Source of the DNA: Lingula anatina
Taxonomy: Eukaryota; Animalia; Brachiopoda
Reading direction: 5' to 3'
Assembly (NCBI GenBank): GCA_051362555.1
Contig: JBPQGU010000016.1
Location: forward strand, 2,914,001-2,978,000
DNA: 64,000 nucleotides
This document shows, piece after piece, positions 24,095 to 34,899 of this stretch (within the stretch, counting starts at the first letter, position 1; each line of letters begins with the position of its first letter). The position numbers and the translations under genes are program-made. Below the pieces are notes generated by a model that was not told where the DNA came from, searched no databases, and saw only the letters and a list, made by a program, of their open reading frames with translations.

Positions 24095-25145
24095 TTAACA
24101 AGTTCTGTAACAATTAGGTTCTCAATAATTTCTATCTCATCTATTTTTTCTTAAACCATAAAACAAATAACCTTTTTCTTTTCAAGCAATGTTTTTAACT
24201 CTTACACCATAACCAGCAAAAAGTTTTCAAAATAATTCTTTTACTTTTTTAAAATTTGATGCATTTCTAAAATCATTTATAAATTCATTTATTTTAATTT
24301 CATAATCTGAATTTACATATTTTAATACTTGTTTTAATGATAAAAATTTATTTCAATTTCCTTCATCAACTAATATATATTCATATAAAAAGTTTTCAAA
24401 TGGTTCAGATTCTTCAAAAGCAGAAGAATGAGAGTTATAAAATAATCCACTCCGAGATATTCAAAAATTTGAATATCTAAAACTTTCTGAATCTGAATAT
24501 CCATCTATTATTTTTCAAAACTCTTTTGTTGGTATATTTCAAGATTTAATAACTGCGTTTTTGTGTCTTAATAATATTTCGTTTAATTCTTCTACTTTTT
24601 TAAATTCATCTTGTAATTTTCCAATTTCAGAATTTAAGTTTGAAATTTGAGTTTCTTTTTGAGAGATTTAAGTGTTTAATGTATCAATTTCTGTTTGTTT
24701 TTGAGAAATTTGAGTGTTTAAGTCTGAAATTTCTTTTAATTTTTTATTATACAAATAATTTAAATAAGCTAACATCATATTTTTTTCTCTCAATTCTGTA
24801 TTAACTTCATTTAATCTATTTGTTTTTTCCTTTATTTGATTTATTAAATAAGAAATAACTATTTCTTTTAAATTAATTTCTTGTTGTTTTTGTTCTAATT
24901 GAACTGACAATTCTTGTTTTTGAACTTTCATTTGATCTAATTCTTGTTTTATATTGTTAAAATCTATGTTTTTTGAGATAAAGATTGTTCTAATTCTTCA
25001 ATATTATTATTTAAACTTAAAATTTGTTCTTGTTTTTCTTTATTTTCTGTTTCTAATTCTTTAATATTATCTAAAATTTGTTTAATTGTTTCAGTTTTAG
25101 AATTAATATCAGAATTTGGATTTATAATTTCAGTTTCTTTTTTTA
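24095..25145 (-). pseudogene. Start-less orphan cassette B3: last coiled-coil repeats plus a third variant of the C-terminal domain
   Basis: Near-identical DNA to B1 repeats (MKVQKQELSVQLEQKQQEINLKEIVISYLINQI); frameshift at T6 24969-24974; CAA>TAA at 24668; C-terminus VIKSWNIPTKEFW...LFWKLFAGYGVRVKNIAW; no ATG or signal peptide at its 5' end. Confidence 0.8.
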
Positions 25146-25180
25146 ATTAATATTTTTTTTATTTAAAAAATTATAAATTT

Positions 25181-25803
25181 CTATAATCATTGTTTAATAT
25201 TATGTTTTGGATTTATTCTAGATTTTTTTACTCATTCTTCTCATAATTCATCATACAATACTCTTCTAAAATTTCTCTTTTCATTTTTTTCTTCAACACA
25301 AACAACAATACTTAAAACATTAATATCAGGTCATTTTTTTTGTAATATTTTTTCATGTTTTTCTGCAATTCTCATATCTGCAATGCTAGGAACTAAATCA
25401 AAATTAGAAGGAGGATGATTATGAATTAATAAAACTTTTTCTCTGTTTTCGTTTTCAAGTTTTTCTATTTTTTCATAAATATTAGATAAAACTTGTGTTG
25501 GGTGTTTGTCTGTTTTTTCATATATTTTTTTTAAAGAAAAGTCTTTGTTAACAACAAAAACCATATCATATTCATATTTTTTATGTTCTACTTTTTTAAA
25601 TTCATTTAAAATAAATTCTTTTTCTTTTTTTGTTAAATATTTTTCTGTTGATAAAATTCTAGGTTTAATTATTATTGGATTTGATGTTTTTGATTCTTTT
25701 GGAAATTCATATATTGTAAAAAAAATACCAAAACCAATTATTAAAGTTGAAATTAAAATAAAAAGTTTGTATTTATGTTTTTTATTTTATTAAAAATTTT
25801 CAT
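25181..25803 (-). CDS. Membrane-anchored JAB/MPN+ (JAMM) domain protein, copy J1 (1-nt frameshift in T6 at 25778-25783)
   Basis: Paralog of J2; TM KLFILISTLIIGFGIFFTIY; KYEYDMVF; LLIHNHPPSNFDLVPSIADMR. Confidence 0.78.
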
Positions 25804-25929
25804 ATAAATCCATTTTATATTTTTCATTATTTTTTAAAAAAAATTTTCATATATATTTAAAGTTTCAACATCACATATAACAACAGAATAATGATTGATA
25901 AAAATGACAAACAATTAATTTAATTAAAA

Positions 25930-28900
25930 TTATCTGTAATAAAATCTGAAAAGAATTGAATTATTATTTAAATTTTTATGTATTTTAACTCTTACACCAT
26001 AACTTGAAAAAAGTTCTCAAAATAATTCTTTTACTTTCTTAAAATTTGATGCATTTCAAAAATTATTTTCAAAATCTTCAATTTTAGACTCATAATTTGA
26101 AACAGTATGACGTATTCGATTTCTTAATGAGAAAAAATTATCATTGTTGTCAATTGAATATCTTTCTTTATAAAAAGAAGAATCAGTTTCTAAAACAAAC
26201 TTAAACAAAAAACGTGAAAATGATTGATATTTTTCATAACGTCATCCACCAACGTCTGATTCATTTTTTCCATTTGGTTTAGAACTATAAAAATTTCCAT
26301 ATTCATCAACAACACAAGTTCGAATATTAAAACTCCCTGAATTTGGAATTTTTTTTCAAAATTCTTGTGTTGGTGTGTTTCAAGACGCAATAACTGCATC
26401 TTTGTATCTTTTTAATATTACATTTAATTCTTCTACTTTTTGAAATTCATCTTGTAATTTTCTTGTTTTATTGTTTAATCTATCAATTTCTGATTGTTTT
26501 TGTGAAATTTGAGTATTTAGGTCTGAAATTTCAGTTTCTTTTTGAGAGATTAATGTGTTTAAGTTTGAAATTTCTTTTATTTTGTTGTTTTTTAAAACAA
26601 TTAAATAACGTAACATTATATTTTTTTCTCTTAATTCTTTATTAACTTCATTTAATCTAATTGTTTTTTGTCTTATTTGATTTATTAAATAAGAAATAAC
26701 TATTTCTTTTAAATTAATTTCTTGTTGTTTTTGTTCTAATTGAACTGATAATTCTTGTTTTTGAACTTTCATTTCATCTAATTCTTCTTTTATATTATTA
26801 AAATCTGTGTTTTTTTGAGATAAAGATTGTTCTAAATCTTCAATATTATCATTTAAACTTGAAATTTCAGTTTGTTTTATTGTATTTTGTGTTTCTAATT
26901 CTTTAATATCATCTGAAATTTGTTTAATTGTTTCAATTTTTGAGTTAATATCAGAATTTAGATTTGTAATTTCAGTTTCTTTTTGAGATATTAATGTGTT
27001 TTTTGTGTTAATTTTTGTTTGTAAGTTTGAAATTTCAGTTTCTTTTTGAGAGATTAATGTGTTTTTTGTGTTAATTTTTGTTTGTAATGTTTGTTTTTGT
27101 GTATTTAAAGTTTGTAACTCTTCATTTTTAGTTTGTAATAAACCATTAACTTCATTTAATCTGTTTTCTTTTTCTTGTATTTGAGTTCTTAAATCAGAAA
27201 TTAATGCTTCTTTTGTGTTAATTTCTGTTTGTTTTTGTTCTAATTGAACTGACAATTCTTGTTTTTGAACTTTCATTTGATCTAATTCTTGTTTTATATT
27301 GTTAAAATCTATGTTTTTTTGAGATAAAGATTGTTCTAAATCTTTAATATTATTATTTAAATTTAAAATTTGTGTTTGTTTTTTTGTATTTTGTTCTACT
27401 ATTTCTTTAATGTTATCTGAAATTTGTTTAATTGTTTCAATTTTTGAATTGATTTCAGAGTTTAATCTTTGAATTATAGTTTCTTTTTGTAAGATTAATG
27501 TGTTTTTTGTGTTAATTTCTGTTTGTAAGTTTGAAATTTCAGATTCTTTTTGTGTAATTAATTTTTCTTTATTATTAATAGTTTCAGTTTTTAAGTTAAT
27601 TTCAGTATTTAAATCTGAGATTTGAGTGTTTAATGTATTAATTTCTGTTTCTTTTTGAGAGATTTGAGTGTTTTTTGTGTTAATTTCATTTTCTAAGTTT
27701 GTAATTTCAGTTTCTTTTTGAGAGATTTGAGTGTTTAAGTCATTTAATAAAGTTGTTTTTTCTACAATTAAATTATTAATTCTATTTAATTCTGCTGTTT
27801 TTAACTCAATTTGTAAATCAATCTTTTCAATTTCAATTTCAACATCTCTTATTTCATTTTCTTTATTTCTAATATTTACTTCATCTAAATTAATTTGAGA
27901 TTTTAAGTTCTCTAAATTTTGTCTTTGTGTTTCTAACAAAGAAAGATCATTATTAGATTTTGTTTGTTTTTGTTCTAATTCTAAAATTTGAGATTCTAAG
28001 TTTTCTTGTGTTGTTAAATCAGAATTTAATTCTTCTTTAAATTCATTTAATGAATTTAAAAAGTTTGTTTTTAAAGTATTTAAATCTGTTTTTAGTTTTT
28101 GTAAACTTGAAATTTGAAAATTTAAATTATTCTTTTGAGTGTTTAAGTCTGAAAGTTCAGAGTTTAAATTAGTTTTTTGAGTATTTAAGTCTGAAAGTTC
28201 AGAGTTTAAATTAGTTTTTTGAGTATTTAAGTCTGAAAGTTCAGAGTTTAAATCTGTAATTTGAGAGTTTAGATTTAAAAGTTCTAATTCTTTTTGTTTT
28301 TTTTGATTGTCTAAATCTGTAATTTGAGAGTTTAGATTTAAAATTTGAGTGTTTAATGTATTAATTTCAGATTCTTTTTGAGATATTAATGTATTTTTTG
28401 TGTTAATTTCATTTTGTAATGTTTGTTTTTGTGAAATTAATTCTTGTTTTTGTGTTTCTAAATTTGAAATTTCAGATTCTTTTTGTTTTTTTTGATTATT
28501 TAAATTAGAAATTTCTAATTCCTTTTCTTTAATAACATTTTCATTTTCTTTAATTTCATTATTTTGAAAAATTATATTTCTTGCTAATTCACCATCAAGA
28601 GTTTGTTTTTGTGAAATTTCATTTAATAAAGTTTCTTTTTCAAGTTTTTTTTCAATAATTTCTTCATCTAAATTATATTTTTGTTCTACTAAATCATTAA
28701 ATTCATCATTTACAATTTTAAGGTTTTGTTCTTCTAATTGAATTTGAGATTTTAAATAATTAATTTCTGATTCTAATTCTAAAATTTGAGATTCTAAATT
28801 TGTAATTTGAGTTTCTAATTGTTGTTTTCTTACATTTAAATATGAGATTTGAGTGTTTAAATCTGAAATTTGATTGTTTAATGTATAAATTTCTGTTTGT

Positions 28901-30817
28901 TTTTGAGAGATTTGAGTGTTTTTTGTGTTAATTTCTGTTTGTAATTTTTGTTTTTGTGTAATTAATTCTTGTTTTTGTGTTTCTAAATTTGAAATTTCAG
29001 ATTCTGTTTGTTCTTTTTGGTTATTTAAACAAGAAATTTCTGTTTGTTTTTCTTTAATAATATTTTCATTTTCTTTAATGTGATCTTGTTGAGAAATTAT
29101 ATTTCTTGCTAAAACACCATCAAGAGTTTGTTTTTGAGAGATTTCATTTAATAAATCTTCTTTTTCAATTTTTTTTCATTAATTTCTTCATCTAAATTAT
29201 CTTTTTGTTCTGTTAAAGTATCAAATTCATCATTTAAAATTTTAAGATTTTCTTTTTCTTTTTTTAATTCATCTTTTAATTCTTGAATAGAATTTTCTAA
29301 TTCTTGTTTTTCTAAATTTAATTTTTCAATTTCTTTTGTTAAATCATCAATTTGTTTTTCAAGTATTTCTTTTACTTTTGTTTTTTTATTTATTTCTTCA
29401 TTTAATATTTTTAACTCTAACTCTTTTTTTTGTTTTTCTTTTTTATAATCTTCTAATTTCTTATTTAACTCTATTTCCTGTTTTAATAATCTTAAAATTT
29501 GTTTTGTTAATTTAAAAGCATTTATTTCTTTTTCAATTTCTGCTTTTCTAATATTATTTTCATATTTTAGTTGTTTTGTTAAAAATTCAATTGCTTTATT
29601 ACAAATTTTTACTTTTTCATCAATATCAATATTTGAATTTGTTGATGTTAAAAATAAATAATTTACTACATTTAATTTATGATCTTTTAAAAATATTTTT
29701 GTAAATTCTAAAATATCAGAATATTTAACTGTTTTTGTTAATAAAAATATTTTGTTAAATTTAAAGATTTCATCTTTTGTTAAATTTAAAAATTTTATAA
29801 TTTTTTTAATTTTGATAATTGAATTATTAAAAAACATATTTTTTAATTTTAGATTTATTACTCTTTTTTTTATTTTTTTATTATTTAAAAAAATAATGTT
29901 TTGAGAAATTTTATATAATTCTTTTAAAATATTTTGTTTAAAATGTTTGGTATCTGTTTTAAGTTTTTTATTTTCTTCTTCTAATTTTTTTATTAATTCT
30001 TCTTTTTGATGTTTTTCTCAAATTTTTTTTAAATCATCTACAAAATTAGAAATTAATTTTTGTATTGCTGGAACATCTTCTTGATTATGTTTACCCACTT
30101 TATAAAATGAAATAGTCATTTGTGATATTCCGGCTGCAACATTAACACCTGGAATTAAAGATGCAATATTTAAAGTTATATCAATGGCATAATCAGTATT
30201 TAGATCTACAGACATACTTAATGTTTTAAAAATTTTGTTCTTTAAATCATCTTTAAGTTTTGTTCATGATGGAGTTGTTTCAAGTTCGGATTTTAACTTT
30301 AAAATTTCAGCATTATTATTTAATATTATTTGTAAATTTTTTTTTGATTTTTTTCATAAATTAAAATTTTTTTCAATTTCAAAAAAAGAAAATTCAAATT
30401 CTTTTTGATTTTTAAAAATATCTAAATTTTCTGTTTTATCCTTTAATTCTTTTTCTTTTTTATTTCATTTTTTTCTATTATTAATAATTTTTCTTTATAT
30501 AAATCTAATTCTTTTTGATGTTTTATTTTTAATTCATTATTTTTTTTATTTCATTTTTTACAAATTTCTTTTTCTAAATTTAATAAAATATTATTAATTT
30601 GTTGTTTTTGTTCAGATTCAGATAAAACTCTACTATAAACAACTTTTTTAATACTTTCAAACCCTTTATTATTTAAAGCATCAAAATTAGAAAAAACTGA
30701 ATTTGCTTTGTCTTTATTTTTATTATTTAATAAATATATTTCTTTTAATATTTTAGTATTTGCAAATATAGATAATGAAAAAAATACAAAAAGAGTTATG
30801 ATTTTTAACTTTTTCAT
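25930..30817 (-). CDS. Giant secreted coiled-coil repeat protein with variable C-terminal domain, copy B1 (~1630 codons; frameshifts at 30468-30474 and 29169-29176)
   Basis: MKKLKIITLFVFFSLSIFA signal peptide; hydrophobic segment IASLIPGVNVAAGISQMTISFY; continuous open frame ~29170 to 25930 of heptad repeats; C-terminus VIASWNTPTQEFW...LFWELFSSYGVRVK. Confidence 0.82.
26960..27085 (-). repeat. 63-bp tandem duplication (QTKINTKNTLISQKETEI(S/T)NL) in B1
   Basis: Two near-identical 21-codon units visible in the supplied 26380..27939 translation. Confidence 0.8.
28133..28252 (-). repeat. 42-bp tandem repeat x~3 (LNSELSDLNTQKTN) in B1
   Basis: TTTTGAGT(G/A)TTTAAGTCTGAAAGTTCAGAGTTTAAATTAGTT repeated on the + strand. 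Confidence 0.88.
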
Positions 30818-30860
30818 TAAATTTATTTTTTTATTTTTTGAAACTAAATATACCATCAAT

Positions 30861-30890
30861 AAAAATTATATAACTAAAATCTTATAAAAA
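30861..30890 (-). promoter_or_regulatory. Putative promoter of B1 (TATAAT -10 box), identical to 23191-23220
   Basis: Same 30-mer at the same distance from the paralogous ATG. Confidence 0.6.
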
Positions 30891-31499
30891 CATAGGAATT
30901 GGTATTCCATATAAAAAAGCAAAAATCGTTGCAGATAAAATTATTTCTAATGACATATTTGAAACATCTATTTCTAAATTATTTGTTAATTTATAATCTT
31001 TTTTAAAATTATTTCTAAATAAATTAATATCAAAGTTTTTATATATTTCTGTAAATTCTTGTATCTTATTTTTATATTTGTTTTTTCAATCAATAAATTT
31101 ATTTTTATATATTTTTTTATTTATATCTTCTGTTTTAAAAATAAAATTATAATCCAACTTATATTCTTTAAAAATTTCTAAATTTTCAGAAGTAAAAATA
31201 TTTGGAATATTTTCTTGTGTTAAAAAAGAATTAAAATTATTTTTTAATTTAAGTTTATATGTATCCTGTTTAGTTTTTGCTTGTATTTTTTCTAATTCTT
31301 TATCTATTTCAATTTTATTTTGATCTACATTTTTTTCATCTTTATTTTTTAATTTTTTATGATGTGATTTTGAAATATCAATTAAAAGTTTAATAAAAAA
31401 TGAACTAGTTACAATTAATATACAAATAATAATTATTAAAAATCAATGATTTAAAAAAAATTTATTAATTTTTTTAAAAAAATTAAAAAAATATTTCAT
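30882..31499 (-). CDS. Hypothetical membrane-anchored protein heading the accessory locus (gene A, 205 aa)
   Basis: Open with TGA=Trp; N-terminal TM (WFLIIICILIVTSSFFI) and hydrophobic C-terminus (IILSATIFAFLYGIPIPMFL); missed by the ORF track. Confidence 0.65.
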
Positions 31500-31616
31500 A
31501 ATATTTTAAAAAATTATAAAAAAAATATATTTAAAAATAAAATAAAAAAATATATTTTTAAAATATATTCTTTTTAATTATATTTTAATAACAATTAAAA
31601 AATAAAATGATTTTAA

Positions 31617-33833
31617 TTATTTTTTAATTTTTATATTTTTAAAAGAATTTATTTTATTATTTATATTTTCAAAAATTTCATCTTTAATAGATTCATTTTT
31701 TATTCAAATTCTAAAAGTAAGTGTTTTATTTTTATAAATATCAATTAAATCTACATTTTTAATTCTTGAATCTAAACTTTTTATTAAATTCATTCAATGA
31801 TTATAATGATTAATTTCTATAATTTCATCAGTTTTTAATTTTACTGAAATTTTAGATTCAAATTTTTCTTCAAATAAAATTGAATAATCTCTATAAATTA
31901 ATTTTTCATCTATTTTATTAATAAATTTAATTTCTTTTGATTTATTAATAAATTCTATTAATAAATCAAAATCTATTTCTAAATAAAATAAATGATTAAA
32001 AAATGATCCTTTTTTAATATTTGTTTCACCAATAATACCTAAAAATTGATTACCTCAATAAATTTTTTCATAACCTTTTTTAGAAAAAGTTGTATTTTCA
32101 ACTTTTTTATCTAAAAATAATTTTTTATCTTTTGAATAATCTTTTCATAAATTAGATTTTGAAATATTTAATAAATCAAAAATATTTTTTAATATTTGTA
32201 TTAAATAAAATTTATTATTTTTAACTTGGCTTTTTGAAATAACATCAAAATATAAATCTTTATTTAATAAAATTGCTATTTTAATTTTTTCTTTTATTTC
32301 ATTATTTTCTTTTAAAAATACTTTATCAATTGTAAAAATATTTTTATTTAAATCTAATTTAATAAGACTTGATATTAAATTTGTTCTTAATAATTTTGTT
32401 TTTCTATCTTCTTCTAAAATTAATGGTAAAGATAAAATAAAATCATCTTTTTCAACTAAAGAAAATGTTTTTACTTGATTAATACCTATGTTTAATAAAT
32501 AGTTTTCTATTTTATTTTTATATTTAAAAATTTTATTTTTAAAATTTAATTCAGGAATTAAATTAATTTTTTTAATTTCTACATTTTTGCATTCATAAAA
32601 ACGAAATATTTCTTCAATAACATATGCTTTATTTTTATATTCATTTCAAGTAGGACAAGTAATTTTTACAGTTTCTTTGTTTATTTTTTCAACAATAAAT
32701 TCAAATGGAGTTAATATTGTTTTTATTTCACTTATTTTAAAATTTTTACCTATTAATGATTCAATTTCTGATATTTTAATTTCAAAAACTTCTGGTTTTT
32801 TAAAATTAATTTTTTCTAAATCAGCAAAAATTTTTAATTCTTTATATTCATTTGAAATAATATTTATTAAATGTTTAATTGCAATATTTAAAATGTTTGA
32901 AGTTGGATAATTATTTTTATTAAAAACATTTTCTAAAACTATTAAAATAAATTTTTTATCTTTTTCTAATAATTTTTCATCTTTTTTCAAATTTTTAATA
33001 TCATTTAAACTAATTTTTTCAGGTTTATTTTTTAAATATATTTTTTTTAAATTAACATCATAAAAAATATTTATAAAATTTATCATTTTATCTATAATAT
33101 TTTCATTTTGAAAACCAATAATTTGTGAAAAATTATCTAATCAGTTTATTTTTTTATTTTTAAAATTGTTTTTAAAATAAAAAGCTTGAATTGCTGTATT
33201 TTCTTTATTTATAAAATCAATAATAAAATTTGCTTTTATATAATTATTTTCATTTGTGTTTTTAATATTTAAATTAAATTTTCCACTTAAAAACTTAATT
33301 AAACCAAAAATTGTTTTACTAATTGGATATGATGGTAATGGTTCTGTTTCTAATAAAACATCATCAAATTCAAAATATTTTACTGGATTTAAATCACCTA
33401 GTTTAGCATTTTTATTTAAAATAACAATTCCATCTTCATCATCTTTTAATGGTATTCCTAACTCTTTATATGAACATAACATCCCTTCAGAAATATAATT
33501 TCCAAATTTTCTTTTACCAATTTTAAAATCATTATTTAAAATTGCACCAACTTTTGAAAGAACAACTAAATCATTTACATTAAAATTTTTTGCACCACAA
33601 ATAATTGTATATTCTTTTGTTCCATCTGTTACTTTACAAACATTAATATTTTCATAATTTAAATCTTTTACTTTAGATAAAACTTTTGCTACAACTATAC
33701 CTTTGTTTAAATTTCTATAATCTTTTAAAATTTCAGTAGAAAAACCAAAACTTGTTAAAGTTTCAATTATTTGTTCTAATTTAATATCTTTTATATCTAT
33801 AAATTTTTCTATAGTTTTTTTATTAAAAATCAT
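31617..33833 (-). CDS. pheT: Phenylalanine--tRNA ligase beta subunit
   Basis: tRNA-binding OB fold IICGAKN..SEGMLCSYKELG, TCPTWN..EEIFRFY, LLRTNLISSL, YRDYSI, TLTFRI. Confidence 0.92.
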
Positions 33834-33837
33834 TTTT

Positions 33838-34899
33838 TTATTTTCTTTCTAGTTTGTTTTTATAAAAATCTCTAATATCTGAAATTCCATATTTTAACAT
33901 TGTAATTCTTTCTATACCAACACCAAAAGCAATAACTTTTAAGTTTTTACTTTTATTACAATTTTTTAAAACTTCAGGTGCAATTATTCCGCCACCTAAT
34001 ATTTCAATTCATCCTGTATTTTTACAAATTGAACATTCATTTGTGTTTTTACAAAATCAACATTCAACATCTAATTCTAATGATGGAACAGTAAATGGAA
34101 ATGCATTTGTTCTAAATCTAATTTCTTTATCTTTACCAAATAAAAATTCTGTAAACTTTTTTAAAATTCATTTTAAAGTTGCAATTGATGCTTCTTTACT
34201 TATAAAACAAACATCTAATTGTAAAAATTGATGTGTATGTGTTTGATCATCTTCATCATTTCTATATACATTTCCAATAGTATAAAAAAAAGATGTTTTA
34301 TTTATACTTTCATCAAAATTCATTAATGTTCTAGCTGTAAAGTTTGTACAGTGAGTACGTAAAAGTAAATTTTTATTTAAATAAAATGTATCACTTTTAG
34401 CTCTTGATGGGTGGTCTTTTTTAATATTTAAAAAATCAAAATTATACTTAACTTCTTCAATATCATTACTTTCAATAAAAATTGAATTAAATTTATCAAA
34501 AAATATATGTATTTTATTAATAATTAAATTTAATGGATGTGCTATTCCTAAATTATTATTAATTATTGGTTTTTCATCTAAAACACGTGTACATAATAAT
34601 CCATTTATTTTTTTAAATTTTTCAAAAAGTTTAATTTCTTTAACATCTAAATTCTCTGAAAAATTTAATTTTTTAGCAAATTCGTCAAATTTAATTTGAA
34701 TTAATTCTTTTATCTCTTTAAGTTTTGATCCATATTCTTTCTTTTCATTTGAACTTAAATTAGAAAAAATTTTATTTAAATTTGATTTTTTACCAATTAA
34801 AGAATTTTTAATTACTAATAATTCATGGTAATTTTTAGCTTCTTTAAATTTAATATCTAAGTTTTTTTTTATATGTAAAATTTCATTAATTAATTTCAT
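33838..34899 (-). CDS. pheS: Phenylalanine--tRNA ligase alpha subunit
   Basis: [59 protein letters not shown]. Confidence 0.96.

Noticed and set aside
23413-25803. Calling the JAB genes radC or CBASS cap3
   Set aside because: They share the HNH..PSxxD motif but have an N-terminal TM helix, no HhH region, and no CD-NTase/E1-E2 neighbours.
24095-26420. Diversity-generating retroelement template/variable repeats
   Set aside because: No reverse transcriptase in the window, and differences between tips include indels and are not adenine-restricted.
26400-29200. Possible CRISPR array or non-coding repeat region
   Set aside because: Repeats are in-frame multiples of 21 bp within an open reading frame, with no unique spacers and no cas genes.
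20171-30817. SMC/SbcC or phage tape-measure annotation for the coiled-coil proteins
   Set aside because: No Walker A/B or hinge motifs, signal peptides are present, and there are no phage structural or integrase genes nearby.
31500-31616. Almost GC-free spacers (also 19927-20170 and 56671-56930) as oriC or ncRNA
   Set aside because: No DnaA-box cluster or stable stem seen; consistent with background mutational AT bias.
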